A stretch of DNA of 64,000 nucleotides. Origin: Lama guanicoe. Lineage: Eukaryota. The notes beneath the pieces were generated by a model. The model was not told the origin of the DNA. It was given only the letters and a program-made list of their open reading frames with translations, and searched no databases. Where the stretch lies: assembly GCA_013239625.1 (NCBI GenBank), contig MU053881.1, positions 16,732,373 through 16,796,372 of the forward strand, in the 5' to 3' direction. The translations under genes were made by a program, and so were the position numbers. Each line of letters begins with the position of its first letter. Position 1 is the stretch's first letter. Of the stretch, positions 1 to 12,432 are shown piece after piece.

Positions 1-1324
1 ACATTTGCCTGAGGTCATGCAGGGGAGCAGCAGAGAGGTTCTGAACTCAGCCCTAACTCCTTAGTCACAGTGCAATGGTCAGCACTGGACTTGGTGTAAG
101 CTAGCTGCTCCCAAAATGTTGCTGAAGAAATGAGTGATCTGAATAGGCAGCCTGTGGGATCACAGTGGCCGGGGTGGAAACAATGCACCCTCCCAGCCCC
201 TGGTGTGCCCTGTGTCTTTCCTTGCCTCTAAGGAGGTTGGAGAAGGGAGCTCAGCGCTGGGCCTCACTAGCTGTTGACTTTGGGTGGCATCCAAGGCAGG
301 AAACCCACTCAAGGGACTCTAGCAAAGTGCTAGAGGTGGGGCACCAAGGGACAGTCACTTCACCTCTGCACTCCCTACTGCCTCTGAGCTAACTCCTGCC
401 CACTCCACTTGGGCCTGACACCCATATTTTTTTCTCACTGAACCATGTGGGGCTTATTTAACATTGTTGGTCCTGTCCTATTCTTGTTACTCCGCAATGC
501 AAAATGTCAGATACTCACAAGCCTTTTACCCCAGACGAACTTGGGAGAAGGCAGCAGCCCACTTCTGAAAGGTTTTGAGATCCCTCCTTTGAGAAGCTTT
601 CCCAGATACCTCTGGAAAAAGCACCGTGGTCCTAGTTATGTCCAACTCCTCCTTTATATGAGCCAGATTTGTCACTCCCCTGGGAAGTCCTCCCTGACCC
701 CCAGTGGAGGCTGACTCTCCCCATTATATCCTCATTGCTTCACCACTGCAATTTACATTTATTTGTGCTTTTTGAGATAAGTACCCCTCTAACCCACCAG
801 AAGACAGGGTCCAGAAAGACAGGGTCTGATTCTGATTTTGTTCACCCAAGGTTTAGTACCCTGCCTGTCAGTAGGTGCTCCTCCAATATCAGCAGAATGA
901 ACAAAGGATTCTGGGTTCGACTTACACCTGCCACTTCTCTGTGACTGCTAAGACCTTGGGCAGGCTACATCACCTCCCTGTGCCTCAGTTCTTCTCTCAG
1001 TAAAATGGCATTCCCACCACGCACCTCCCTTAACCGTTGTAACTCAATGTCACAGTGAACGTTAAGAAATTCCTACAGGAACTGACACAGAATAATCGCT
1101 GAATAAACAAGCTGCTGCGCTCCCAGAGGGCGGGACTGGCCCGAGGGCACGCTGTCCTCGCCATGCCTCACCACATCCAGTCAAAGGTCGCGCAGCCCCT
1201 TGGCGCCAGGCCTGGCTTCCAAGCCAGCTGTGGCCCGCGCTCCCCGCGGTCTCGAGTTCCCCGGGGTCCGGACGGAAGTTTGAGCCTCGGGCCCAGACAG
1301 GTGAGGATGGGGGTCGTGCAGCCG

Positions 1325-1529
1325 GTTACCTGACAATTGCGGCAGCCCACCGCGTTACCTAGTAACAAGGCAGGGCTCGAGGACGGAAGACCCCTAGCAA
1401 CAGGGTGGTGCCCTCAGGTGTGAAACCAAACGGCTTCCTTGCCTAAGACCAGGGTGGCTCCCCTTGGCAGGTTACCTAGCAACAGGGTGGGTCCCCACGG
1501 GGCGAGGCCCCCGCCGGTTGCCTAGCAAC
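1325..1529. promoter_or_regulatory. Cluster of RFX X-box-like motifs in AP1M1 intron 1
   Basis: GTTACCTAGTAAC 1354-1366, GTTACCTAGCAAC 1471-1483, GTTGCCTAGCAAC 1517-1529. Degenerate copies at 1325-1337 and 1393-1401. Confidence 0.65.
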
Positions 1530-1554
1530 GCGGAAGGTGGCGAGCCCTTGGTAC

Positions 1555-1596
1555 CTTGCCCTTCAGGTCCAGTACGTAGACGGCACTGGCGGACAT
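1555..1596 (-). CDS. AP1M1: AP-1 complex subunit mu-1, coding exon 1 (MSASAVYVLDLKGK); rest of gene lies off the left edge
   Basis: Minus strand reads GCC ATG TCC GCC AGT GCC GTC TAC GTA CTG GAC CTG AAG GGC AAG|gtacc. Recognised mu1A N-terminus, in a CpG island, next to FAM32A. Confidence 0.96.
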
Positions 1597-3110
1597 GGCG
1601 GCTGCGGAAAGCCTCGGCAGTGGCCGAGAGCGGCGGCGACAGCGGGAACTGCCAGGCGTTGAGCGAGGCCGGGCGCGCCCCGCGACAGTTCGCCTCCACT
1701 TCCGGTCCGGGGAGCCGCGCGCGGACCGTTATGTCCGGCGGGGGAGGAGCTGCCAAGAATGCGCAGGCGCACGGCGCAGCTTGCGCAGGCGTAATAAGCC
1801 CGATGACCCTTGTTTCCTGGTCCTTCCTCAAGCATCCCGGAAGTAAGCCCAGAGGGGCGGGGCTCGGATGGGCGGGGCTAAGATGGGCCGGGCGGGGTCG
1901 GGCGGGGCCGACTGAAGCAGAGAGCTCTCTAGCTGCCTGGCTGGGCCACTGAGGCCGTAATAGCTGGAAAACCCCACTTTGTGGGCCAAATTAGGTGAGA
2001 GATCCGGTGGTGGAACCCACCTAGCTCCCAGCCCTATGGAACTCAGTCTGGTCAGGAAATCTAGGAGACAAATATACAATTACTAATTGTGATACCCTTT
2101 ATATGGAAGGTAAGGTAGTGGTTACTTGGAAAGAGGCCAAACTCTGTGAATGGCAATCAAGCCTTATCAAATCACTTCCTGTCACCCGTCAGTGTCAACA
2201 TTTGTCAGTGAACAAGCGTGCCAGTTTATTGACTGAAATAATCTCCTGAAAACCATGCCCCACTGAACCTAGGCATAAAGCACGTGCTTTCTTTCTATAA
2301 TTAGCGGCCACTGTGGGTATTGCATATTGTGACCCCTGATTAATTGAATTATATCTTGTTTGCTTTTATGAAATCGGGCTTTTGAGAAATGCCTGCATTA
2401 TATCCCAATGAACCATCACAGCGCCCTGAGCCCAACTCTGCAGTTATGAGAACCATTTACCCAGGCTGCCAGCCTCTCACTTTTATCTTCTCTACTGTCT
2501 CCATCTGAGGTGTTGAAAGATAGTTTTTGCAGTCTGTGCTCATATGTTCTCTACTTAGGGTAGAGATGTTAAGTGTAAGAAAATCCAAAGAAAACTGGAA
2601 CCTCTAAAGATTATCAAGTGAATCCTGGGCTGGAAGAATTCTTGCACAAAGTAGCCGAGAGGCTTTTTGACACCAATTGTCTCTTAGAAATCCTATCACA
2701 CCTAGTCTCATAATATGCCCAATTCATTGCAATGTTATATAAAAATATGCCCTTTTTAAAAAATTACAAAACTACATCTTACTGAGAAAAATGCCAAAGA
2801 GTTTAAAGCATAAAGAAAGCTACCACGGAGAGGTAACCCCTCTTGTTCCAGAACATTTCCTTTCAGGCTTGCTCTGGGCATTTTAGATGTTTAATACAGT
2901 ATCAAGGGGGCTGGGAAGACCAAAGTCTTTTGAGGAAACAAAGGCCAAGAATACTTTCACAATAAGTACTCTTTACACATAAATTACTTGTAACCTCCTT
3001 TCCTCCATTTGTGGGGGAATTTGAATCATATGTGAATTTCATCCTTGGCAGTTAATGTATAAGCCAGATTTGACCTCTACAACATCTCAGGCCAGACTTA
3101 TTGTGGTAGA

Positions 3111-3246
3111 CCAGTGTTTCTCAAGCTTCGTTGCACACTGGGGTCACCAGGGGAGCTCTGAAAAATCTCAGTGACAAACCTGACTCCAGGCAGCATCAGT
3201 GGTGCTTACTGCTTGCCAGGAGTCCAACAGATTTGGAGAACCATTG
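3111..3246. mobile_element. MER5A-like hAT-Charlie DNA transposon relic
   Basis: CAGTGTTTCTCAA...GAGAACCATTG termini, recognised from memory of the consensus. Confidence 0.6.
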
Positions 3247-3545
3247 TGGTACACTATAGCAGTGATGGCCCCCAATAAACCACATCTCCTGGTGTTTCTG
3301 CCCTTGTGTAGTTCTTCCCAGAGTGTTTGGCAATGACTTGTGTTGGCCAACGGAACAGGTTATGGGAAGAGAGGTCCTAGAGGACCTCTTGGCTCCTGGC
3401 AAGTCAACACAGCTCACAGTGAACTAAACTACACTACATGGAGCAGAAGTCTGCAGCTGAGCAGTAAACCCAAAGAATGTTGAAAGAAAAATACTGTTGC
3501 TTTAAGTCACTCAATTTTGAAGAAGCTTGTTAGAAAGAATTGGAG
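3247..3545. mobile_element. MLT1-like (ERVL-MaLR) solo LTR relic
   Basis: Starts TGTGGTA..ATGGCCCCCAAT and ends ..TGTTGCTTTAAGTCACT..TTGTTA, typical of MLT1 LTRs. Boundaries approximate. Confidence 0.5.
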
Positions 3546-3873
3546 TATCTATCTTTCCTGGTACTGGCTGCAGGCTTTTCATAGCACCAGAAGATCATGC
3601 TCACAGACCCCAACAACCAGCTCACGGATGGACAAGGCCTAAAGTGCCTTTCTACCAGTCGATGTGGGAATCCACCCAAAGAAGCCACTGCTAATGAGAG
3701 GTGAATCACCTCTTTCGGGTGGGTTGCAAACCACAGGTGGAAACACACATCATCTAATTTCCTTCAAATTGAGGGTGAACAGTGGTTTTGCAGTATGTAC
3801 ATTCGTGTGTGATAATCCAAAAGGCAGCATTTCTAGTGGTAATCAGCCTATAATTAAGACACTCAGACTTATA

Positions 3874-3898
3874 TTTAATAACTGTTTTTTGTTTTATT
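3874..3898 (-). terminator. Candidate FAM32A polyadenylation signals
   Basis: Minus-strand AATAAA (3893-3898) and ATTAAA (3874-3879), about 1.05 kb past the stop codon. Confidence 0.55.
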
Positions 3899-4944
3899 CT
3901 GCTTTCACATGACAGTCCCAAACACTTGGTTTTTCTTTTCTTTGTTTTCTTTCAGCATCTGTCAACACCCTTTCTCCCAACAGCAATACGCAATTTGATC
4001 CTCACCTGGCGGGTCCATGCAGGCCCTCAAAGATCCTGGCTCTCCAGCACAGGACCCTGGGTCCTCCCTCTGACTGCCCCCATGTCTGTGCTGGGGCTCT
4101 GCCTTGGTCTTCTCACCTGAGGGGTGTCGTTAGGCCAGCAACACCAAACATGTGATGTGCCAACAATCAGTAAATATGCGGGGCTCTTCAGAGCCTAGGG
4201 TTGAGGGTGAGAAGGCAGGCTGAGTCTGGGTTCCACTGCAAAGAATGCTGTGCTTGACTGGCAATGTCTGCCAAGGCAACATCTGCTAGACATGTCTGGA
4301 ATGGGGATCCTGGGAGAAGAGGTCACATGCTGGCCACAGGCATACATTCCATCCTTGCCTTAGGTGGTTCTGCTTCTCCAGCTGCACTGTCTCACTGGCC
4401 CGGTGGCCGAGGAGGCAGTCTGAAGGGCACGAAGCTGAAAGGGCCTTCCCCAGGCCCTGGATGGAAGTGCAAAAGCCCCAAGCTAGAGGGAGCTTGGAAG
4501 GGCAGCCCCTGCAGGGCCCTACAGGGGTCTACATGCTGCAGTCCATGTTGGCATCAGCTCCTTGTCCTCTGGAGTCAGGTTCATCCAGGCAAAGCTAGCT
4601 GGCTGGCTGTCACAAGAATTAGACACGACTCAGGAGTAAAACACTTTTCCATAGCAGGTACACAGAAATAATCTTAATCTCTGGATAAACTTTCAAAAAT
4701 TTCCAGTCCAAACTAAAGAGGTTTATCTTCTATGTGCTACCAAGAAATCAAAAGAGAGTTAAAGGACAGTCTTACTTTAATCAAGTTCCAGAATGAGGGC
4801 AAATTGCTCTGAAAAGCACTGCTCGGCAGAAGATGCCAGGGTGTCTGTAAAAGAATGTTTCTGGAAAAAACCAAAGGCACCAAACATAACCCCAACTTTG
4901 CCTTCTGCTTCCCCCGACGCCACTCCTTGTCCTGGGCGGGGAGG

Positions 4945-5013
4945 CTACTTCGTCCAGCTGACTTTGGGGATGTCATAGTGCTCTGTGAGTGTGTCCAGGT
5001 GTCTGTTGAAGTC
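4945..5013 (-). CDS. FAM32A: FAM32A exon 4 (DFNRHLDTLTEHYDIPKVSWTK*)
   Basis: ttcccag|GAC acceptor; TAG at 4945-4947; conserved FAM32A C-terminus. Spliced CDS 74+142+54+69=339 nt, 112 aa. Confidence 0.96.
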   Translation of the reverse strand, partial: DFNRHLDTLTEHYDIPKVSWTK

Positions 5014-5315
5014 CTGGGAAAGCCGAGGAGAAAGCCCGAGTCAGCACAGACCCAAGCAGGGCACTGGGCATATGTGGCGCTGCCCACTCCCACTTCTCCA
5101 CACCCTGTCTCTCCTCAATGAACCCCTCCTCTCAAAGCCACCCAGCCAGGCCTTAAGAGATGCCAGGACCCTGGTCTTGCCCTTAAATGACCCCGGGGAA
5201 GGTGGGTGAACCCCCTCCCCACCAACACTCCAATGGCTTCTCTGCCCGGCTCCTCACCTCTGGGCCCAGCCTGATCCCCACATGGCTCAGTCTCCCCCAT
5301 CAGCACAGGACTTAC

Positions 5316-5369
5316 CTCGACTCTCTGCTTGTGGGTTTTGGATGCTTTCTTCAGGATCCTTTCCATTTG
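5316..5369 (-). CDS. FAM32A: FAM32A exon 3 (QMERILKKASKTHKQRVE)
   Basis: cttcag|CAA...GAG|gtaag; 54 nt, phase 0/0. Confidence 0.96.
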
Positions 5370-7149
5370 CTGAAGAGAGGAGAGAAATGGAGGTGAGTCA
5401 TGTGCCTGATGCAGCCCAGGTCAGCATGAGAGGGAAGCTGGGAGCCCTGGCCAGCCTGGCCTTCACACTCAGAATGGCTGGCGGTCTCAGGGTGTACATC
5501 TTGCACCTCCTTCACCTCCACTCGGGTTCATCCAAGAGGGATGCCCCTAACACATTCCACTGGGAACCCATGTCAGCTGCCCTTTGGTCTGAGCGGCAGG
5601 AAAGGCACTAGCACTGACTTAAAGAGCCTCTGCTGGGAGCTGCACATGTGCTTCCTGCATCCTCAGGGAACTGACTGCATTCTCAGTGTGTTGAAAAACA
5701 AAGACTCAGACGGGGTTCGAGAAAAGAAGAGAAATGAAGAAAGTAAGAGGCTTGACACATAGCAGGTGCTCCAGTGACAGTCTGCAGCACTGAGAGCGCA
5801 ACAAGGTCCAGATCACCTTGAGAAGCACGGTTCTGGAATATGCATCCTGTCCCACCGCAACCTGCCCCACCACTGGTGTCCAACACCAGTGGTACCTGGT
5901 GAGTGAAAAGCACACACTGCAGAGCCAGCCAGACATGGGGATGCACCTAGTTCTCCACTTACGCGTGCATGACTGTGGCTGACTCCCTCTCGTTGGTACA
6001 TCCCCACCCCACAGACTGAGCTGCCTGGCACTGGTGCCCTGGTGCAGTCCTCTGCCACACTGACTCTGGGCTCAGTTTACTTAACAGAATGCAGTGCCAG
6101 TGCTGGGCTGAAGCCGTAAGACCCAGCAGCTTTTCCTTTGTGTTCTTGGAAGGCAACCACCATGCAGAAAGTCTGCTGATCTTGCTGGAAAGCAAGGACC
6201 TGGAGAAGGAGGTGACACATGGGGAGAGAGGCCATGGAAGGAGCACTGAGGCACGAGACATGTGATGGTGAAGCCATCTCAGATGTTCCAGCCCAGCTGG
6301 GCCTCCAGCCCCCACTGCCACTGACTGCACCGGACTCCAGGGGAGGCCAGCAGAAGAACCACCCAGCTAAGCCCAGTCAGACCCACAAAAGCATGAGAGG
6401 TACTGGTGACTGGACCTGGCTGCTCCCCCACATCCCTCCTCTTCTACGCTGCCTTCTCATCCTCGCTGCATCCAGGCAGCCTTCGCTAGGCTGACACTCC
6501 CCTCTGGAGTACCTGCCTTGTCCACCTTTGCCTCTTCCGGCTGCCGTGAGCCCACGTCTCCTCACAAGAGGCCACACTGACTTGACCAGCTGTCACCACT
6601 GCCAGGCATTTGGCAGGCCTCTGTCCTCCCTCTTCCCATTCCATGCACCGAGTTCACAGGTGCCTCGGGTGCTGTCACCAACCCCATTTCACAGACAACA
6701 GAAAAATGAGGACCAGAATGCACAGAGGAAGAGGGGGCTGGAGATACCAAGCCCTGTCCCTTCCAACAGGCTGGGGCCTTCCTTCCAGGAGCCGTCCAGC
6801 CCATAAAGCTCTCTGTGCTCAATCTAACACTTCCACGTGGGCATCTGGATTTCCAGCTGTACCGCGCTTTGCCCACACCTGCTCCCTTCTCTCTCTCACC
6901 CATCTCATCTCTTTGTCTTCTGGGTCAAACAAAACCCACAGCAATACTTCTGGTCTTCAATGCCAACAACAAAAATTTCACCTGGACTTTTGCACCCTCT
7001 AGCTACAGGCTCGTTTCTCCGTCCCCTTTGACAGCATATCTCCCAAGACTTATTTCTAATCCTTGTCTCCATGTCTGCCTTGCCCCACCCCCACTTAGAA
7101 CCACTCTAATCAACCTTTCTTCCTCCTCATTCCAGATGCCAAATGAGGG

Positions 7150-7790
7150 CTCCGAGTGCTCAGCCCACTAGATCTCTTGCCAGATTATAACAGTTGATCA
7201 CGTCTTCCTTCTTGAAGAACTTTCTCCACTCGGGTCCTAAGGACACGCTCCCTCCTGGCATCCTCCCTTCCCGTGCTCCTTTGAAGTTTCCTTTCTGCTA
7301 CCCTATAATTACCAGAGGCCAGATGCTACACTTTTTCTGTCACTACCCCTCCTCAAGGATCTCATCTGGTCCCAGAGCAATTCTCAAATGTTTGTCTGGG
7401 CGCAGACTCTTCCTCCAAACTGCAGATTCAGATATCGAACCATTCACGAGAATTCTCTGCTTGGATTTCTAACAGATACCTCAAATTTAACTTGTCTCTA
7501 AAACCAAGACCTTGATCCCCTGCTTTAGAAACCTGCTTTACATGAAGTCCTTTCTATCTCAGTGAACAGCACCTTCATTCATCCAGCTTCTCCTACCAAA
7601 TTCTCCCATCTTGGTCTTCCTTGATTCCTCTTTCTCAGTCCACAACCAATCCATCAGCTAATCTGGCCGTTCTTCCTTCAAAACCTATCCCAAACTTGAC
7701 ACCTTCCATCACTTCCACTACTACTGCCCAACTCTGAGTAGCCATTATTAGTCACCTTGACAGTTGCGTGAGCCTCTCCCCGACTCCACC
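7150..7790. mobile_element. Degraded L2 LINE fragment
   Basis: Pyrimidine-rich sequence with L2-like motifs (CTGCTTGGATTTCTAACAGATACCTCAAATTTAAC; CAATCCATCAGC). Boundaries approximate. Confidence 0.55.
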
Positions 7791-8119
7791 CTGAGTGTAG
7801 CAGTAAAATCCCAGCTCTGCCTCTGACTATAACTTTAAGGAAGGGACTTAAGTGCATTCACTTGTTAAATTCTCTAAACCTATGAGGTAGGGACTCGAGT
7901 CCCACTTTACAGATGAGGAAATTGAGGTGTAGAAAGTTAGCCAACTTAGCCAGAGTTACACCACCACAGCAGCAGACACAGAATGGGACACAGGTCAGTT
8001 CTGTCAAAGCGGGTGGGTCTCTCTCTCTTTTTGCCCCTCGTATGACTCAATTAGGCCTGGGAGTAGTGAGTTAACTTTCACCGATACCAGTGGATCAATC
8101 ACCCAGGTCAGGGTTGGGG

Positions 8120-8345
8120 TGTCTCAGCCTCGGCACTACTGACATTTTAGGCCTGACCATTCTTTGCTGTGGGGGGCACTGTCGGACGTTGAACAGCATC
8201 CCTGGCCTTTACCCACTAGAAGCCAGTAGCACCGCCCTACCCCTGACGCCCAAACTGTAACAAACAAAAACGTCTGCAAACATTGTCAAATGTCTTCTTG
8301 GGGTTGGAGGTGGGGCACAAAACAGTCCCAAGTGAGAACCACTGA
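8120..8345. mobile_element. MER20 DNA transposon relic
   Basis: TCTCAGCCTCGGCACTACTGACATTTT...CATCCCTGGCCTTTACCCACTAGA...GAGAACCACTG matches the recalled MER20 consensus. Confidence 0.75.
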
Positions 8346-8986
8346 ACCAAACTGATTATTCCCTCACCCAAGCATAATGGGCAGAACTTACCTATCCTAC
8401 ACTAACCTCTCCTATCCCTCACCACCCAAATTTATTAAGTGTTTAATCAAGAAAAGTTATTTATCAGTGGCTTTTAAATACAATATACTTGAACCTGCTG
8501 AAGTCGTCATGGAAACACTTCCTGGTGACTTACAGCAGCGAGCATGCCCACTTAATATCAACAGCTAACATTAACTGAGCATTGATTTTATGCTAGACTG
8601 AGCGCCGTTTACCGGCATGACTTCATCCGAAGTTCTTATCCCTCTTAGGTGAAAGCATTATCCTGACCCCTACATATGAGGAAACTGAGGCACGGACAGA
8701 TGAGTCACTGACCCAGTATCACTGGGCAAATGAGCGACAGCGCTGGAATCCAAACGGCGTCTCTGCCGCTCCGCTCTGCGGTCCACTCCGGCCAGAGGAG
8801 CTTCCTGTCCTCGGAGCTTCCCCGCCGTGGACTCTTCCTCTCTTACTCATGCAGCATCTTCTCCCCAGAATTAGGTCCTCTCTGACCGCTCCCCCTCACC
8901 CGAGTTTCCGGGCCCTGCCTCAGCATCCACCCTGGGAGACCCGGGCCCGCGACACGGAGCATCCCTAGGCTCTCCACCCGCCTTAC

Positions 8987-9128
8987 CCGCTTCTCCTGCA
9001 TCTTTTCGAAGGCCGCCTGGGCCGGGGTCCGCTTGTCCAGACCGCGCCGCTTCTCCTCCTCGTTCTTTTTGCTCGTTCCCATCGCTTCCAGAAGTTTCGC
9101 CTTGTCTTTGTCCTTCTTTTTCTTCTTC
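8987..9128 (-). CDS. FAM32A: FAM32A exon 2 (KKKKKDKDKAKLLEAMG...AFEKMQEKR)
   Basis: ttcccag|G...CGG|gtaag; 142 nt; Lys-rich NLS-like segment. Confidence 0.96.
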
Positions 9129-9246
9129 CTGGGAAGGGAGACGGGGGTAAGAGGCAGCAGTGGCGGGTCAGAGGGCAGCACCCCGGGGTCTCAGAAAGAG
9201 GCTTAAAGGGGCAGAATTTGGCGTCCCACGGGCTCTCAAGGCTTAC

Positions 9247-9320
9247 CGCTTGGTCACGCCGAGCTCTGCGACGCCTTTCAGCTTCAGGGGCCCCTTTTGG
9301 ACCTGCTCGTAGGCCTCCAT
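9247..9320 (-). CDS. FAM32A: FAM32A exon 1 (MEAYEQVQKGPLKLKGVAELGVTKR)
   Basis: GCCATGG strong Kozak at 9318-9320; ends CG|gtaag; 74 nt. Confidence 0.96.
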
Positions 9321-9560
9321 GGCGCCCGTCTCAAGTTCGGGACGTAAATGTCACACTTCCTGTTTGATAACACTATTTCCACCCGAAGGCCCGCCTCCAT
9401 TCATTTTGATTGGTCGAGGTAGGCGGTGCGCGTGAGCCCTTCATCTCTAGACTCGGGCCACACTTCCTGGTTCCGGGGAGGGCTTGGAGAGTCATCGTCT
9501 CGTGCCACACTTCCGGTTTTGGTGCCCACTTCAGTTTTCCCCCGCATTGGGCACCTAGAC
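9321..9560 (-). promoter_or_regulatory. FAM32A promoter (CpG-rich)
   Basis: Three ETS-type CACTTCC sites (~9354, ~9461, ~9508) and a CCAAT box (GATTGG ~9408). Confidence 0.7.
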
Positions 9561-9779
9561 CTGGGAAGCCGATGTGGCAAAGACCCTGTTTGCTAAAACG
9601 CAATGTTTTCTTGAGTGTTTTGCGCTTATGTGGATGTTCTGTTCTCTTTTTCTGACATATTTTGAGGGTTCAATAGGTAACCTAATTTTGAAAACTTAAA
9701 TACTAGTTATTTTTCAGCTTCCGGTAAATGACGGTATTAAGTGAAATATATGTTGGTGGTATTTAAAATAGTTTTAAAA

Positions 9780-10290
9780 ATCGATTCTGTTGACGTACAA
9801 TTTATAATCAGTAAAACGCACCCATTTAAACTGTACCCTTTCATAAGTATTGTCACATTTGTACACCTATGTAATCGCTTCCACAACCAAGATAAAGAAC
9901 ATTCCATCACCCCAAGGTTCCTTTGTTCTCTTTTCCAGCTAATTCCCCCATCCCTCTCCCCAGGCAACTCCAAATATGTTTTCTGTCACTGTAGAATATA
10001 ATTGTCTTTTTTTAAAGTTTAATATACGGGTAATCATAACGTGTTCTCTCGAGTTAGAATTCTTTCACCAGACATAACGTGTTTGAGATTCTTCCTGTTG
10101 TTTGGTATAACAGTACTTCATTTTTCCTGGTGAGCGTTATTCCATTGTACATAAATGTATTCAATTTGTTTATCCATTCACCTGTGGATAGATACCTGAG
10201 TTGTTTCCAGTTTGTGGCTATAATGAATAGAGCTGCTGTGAACATCAGTGTAGGTCTCTGTAAGGACATAGATCTTGTTTCTCTTGGGCT
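9780..10290 (-). mobile_element. Old L1M 3'-end fragment
   Basis: Antisense L1 3' motifs; ORF 10054..10308 translates to L1 ORF2 C-terminal-like MFTAALFIIATNWKQ. Confidence 0.75.
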
Positions 10291-11097
10291 CACTCCAGAC
10301 GCCTTCATTCCTCGGGTAGAGTTGCAGCAAGGTTTGGTTTTCCTGAGAATAAAAATGTTGATTCTCAGTCACTTTGGCTTTGAGGCTGCAATAAGAGAAA
10401 ATAGTTGCATAAGGTATACCAAAACCCCTGAGCTATCAGTGTCGTAACACTTGGGACTCCAATGAGTTGGTTTGTTTTTGTTTTTAATTCCCTGAGATCA
10501 CAAGTAATTTGTTGAATAAGCAGACCTATTGTCATAATCAAACATAGTTCTCTTTTTGTTTCTTTCTATCCTTTTAAACTTTATATTTTGTAGTGTGACT
10601 CATCTTCCTCTGTGCTTTTCATTTACCAAAATGTTTTGAAACTCATTCCAAGACAGCAGGTATACCTCCATCACACCTTCCTCAAAGGCTGGATGGCTGA
10701 GAGAAGTCCTCCCTACCAATGACCGTCTACCTCCCACAAATCTTACCTGAGTTTTGCAAGTGGCCTGAATCTCTAGCAGTGGAATTGCTGAGTCCAAAAT
10801 TATGTGCACTTGTGCATTTAACTTTGGCCTGCTGTTGCCCACATTGTGCTAGGGACCTTTTTTGGTGACGGGGGTCGGGGAGGGGATTAGCGGGTGGAAG
10901 AGGGAGAAAAAGGGAGCGTCCCCCAAATCTGGAGGAGGCCTGACAAAGAGGGGCACGGTGCCTGCATTTCCCCCTTTCTATCTGCAGGGGGCAGCAAACG
11001 ACTGCCCAATTCTCCAGTCAGAGGCTCACCCTTTGGCATTCAGGAATTGGTGAGATTGCCAAGTGAGCTCGGGCTTTCCCGTGCCAGCGGATGGGGA

Positions 11098-11112
11098 CGA
11101 CCAGATGGCGCC
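11098..11112 (+). promoter_or_regulatory. Candidate CTCF site between the divergent FAM32A and CIB3 genes
   Basis: CGACCAGATGGCGCC resembles the core CCASYAGRKGGCRS; a second match CTGCAGGGGGCAGC lies at 10982-10995. Confidence 0.5.
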
Positions 11113-11479
11113 GGCTTACTCATGCGGCCGTCCCCGGCAGTGTCAACTCCTCAGGGAGGGACAGGACAGACTCAGGTGAGGGAATTCTGTTCTCCCTCAG
11201 TCAAACCAGTGGTTTTGGAGCTCCTTTTTTGGCACTTTGAAGGCTGTGTGCCCTGGAGCAAGTGGCCTGACCTCCCTGAGCTTCTCTTTCCTCTTCTATA
11301 AAATGGGCAGGATGATGATGATGACGAGAACAGCTAATACTTTACATGGATGCAAATGGATCATCTCATTAACTCTCACAGCCACCCTGTTATGTAAACC
11401 ACCCTGATTTTATAGGCAGGGAAACTGAGTCACAAACTGTATTTCAGCCTATACTGTTGCCCACTATGAGGCCATCCAC

Positions 11480-12250
11480 TGTAAGATTCCTTAAAAAGGA
11501 AGGAAATTCTGACACAGGCTACAACGTGGCTACCCTTGAAGACATTATATCTAAGTGAGAGATGCCAGTCACAAAAGGACAAATCCTTTGTGATTCCACT
11601 TATGTGAGGCCCTTGGAATAGGAAAATGAATAGAAATGGAAAGTAGGATTGTTAAGTGCCAGGGGCTGGAGGGAAGAATGAGGAGTTAGTGGGATTTTTT
11701 TCCCCCAGGGGGCAGATAATTAGGCTTATTCATTTCTAACAGGAGTACTGGGGATTGAACCCAGGACCTGATGCATGCTAAGCAGGCACTCTACCACTGA
11801 GCTATACTCTCCCCACAGGAGTTAGTGTTTAATGGGGCTAGAGTTTCAGATCTACAAGATGAAAGAGCTATAGGGAAGGGTGGTGGTGATGGTTGCATAA
11901 TAATGTGAATGAACTGAATACCACTGAACTGTCCACTTATAAATGGTCAAGATGGTAACTGTTGTATCTCATCACAATAAAAATATTTTAAAAACAAAGA
12001 GATAGTACAGAGATATTTTGCGTATTCTTAACTAAGTCTCCCCCGATGATCATATCTTGCAACACTATAACACAATATCACAACCAGGAGATTGACATTG
12101 CTACCGGCAGGATACAGAACAGTTCCATCATCACAAAGATCCCTCTGGTTGCATTTTTATAGCCATACCCACCTAGCCCTATCTCTGCACTTGGGCAACC
12201 AGCAATCTGTTTTCCATTTCTATAATTTTGTCATTTTAAGAACTTTATAT
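11480..12250. mobile_element. Old L1M fragments (two orientations), interrupted by a SINE
   Basis: L1M 3'UTR motifs: GAAATTCTGACACAGGCTACAAC..., ATTCCACTTATGTGAGG, GGTGATGGTTGCATAATAATGTGAAT. Confidence 0.65.
11692..11816 (-). mobile_element. tRNA-Ala-derived SINE (camelid Vic-1-like)
   Basis: Reverse complement of GGGGAGAGTATAGCTCAGTGGTAGAG...GGTTCAATCCCCAGTACTCC plus tail. Perfect TSD AGGAGTTAGTG at 11681-11691 and 11817-11827. Confidence 0.88.
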
Positions 12251-12252
12251 AT

Positions 12253-12372
12253 GGGGAGGTTATAGCTCAGTGGTAGAGTGCACGCTTAGTATGCATGGGG
12301 TCCTGGGTTTGATCCCCAGTACCTCCATTTTTTAAAAGTTTAAAATAAATTAATTAATTAAACTAAAAAAGA
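12253..12372 (+). mobile_element. tRNA-Ala-derived SINE (Vic-1-like)
   Basis: A box TAGCTCAGTGGTAGAG, B box GGTTTGATCCC, A/T-rich tail. Confidence 0.85.
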
Positions 12373-12432
12373 AAGGGGAGGGTATGGCATTTTTTTTGTA
12401 AAGGAGGGGATGGTTACAGCAAAATAAAAAAA

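Larger units (their letters stand above)
1120..1960. promoter_or_regulatory. CpG-island promoter of AP1M1
   Basis: CpG-dense. ETS/GABP sites ACTTCCGG (~1698) and CCGGAAGT (~1837), NRF1-like TGCGCAGGCGC (~1760, ~1782), several GGGCGG boxes at 1853-1908. Confidence 0.85.

Noticed and set aside
1325..1529. Repeat-spacer pattern suggestive of a CRISPR array (also 25535-25800)
   Set aside because: The context is eukaryotic, the repeats are short or degenerate with irregular spacing, and there are no cas genes.
1464..1952. Long overlapping ORFs at the AP1M1 promoter (similarly 52895-53858 at RAB8A)
   Set aside because: Stop codons are scarce in GC-rich CpG islands, and there is no recognisable protein.
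5760..6270. Exon-like plus-strand segments in FAM32A intron 2 (donor gtgagt ~5899; acceptor ~6088)
   Set aside because: There are in-frame stops, I recognise no homology, and I could not build a coherent gene model.
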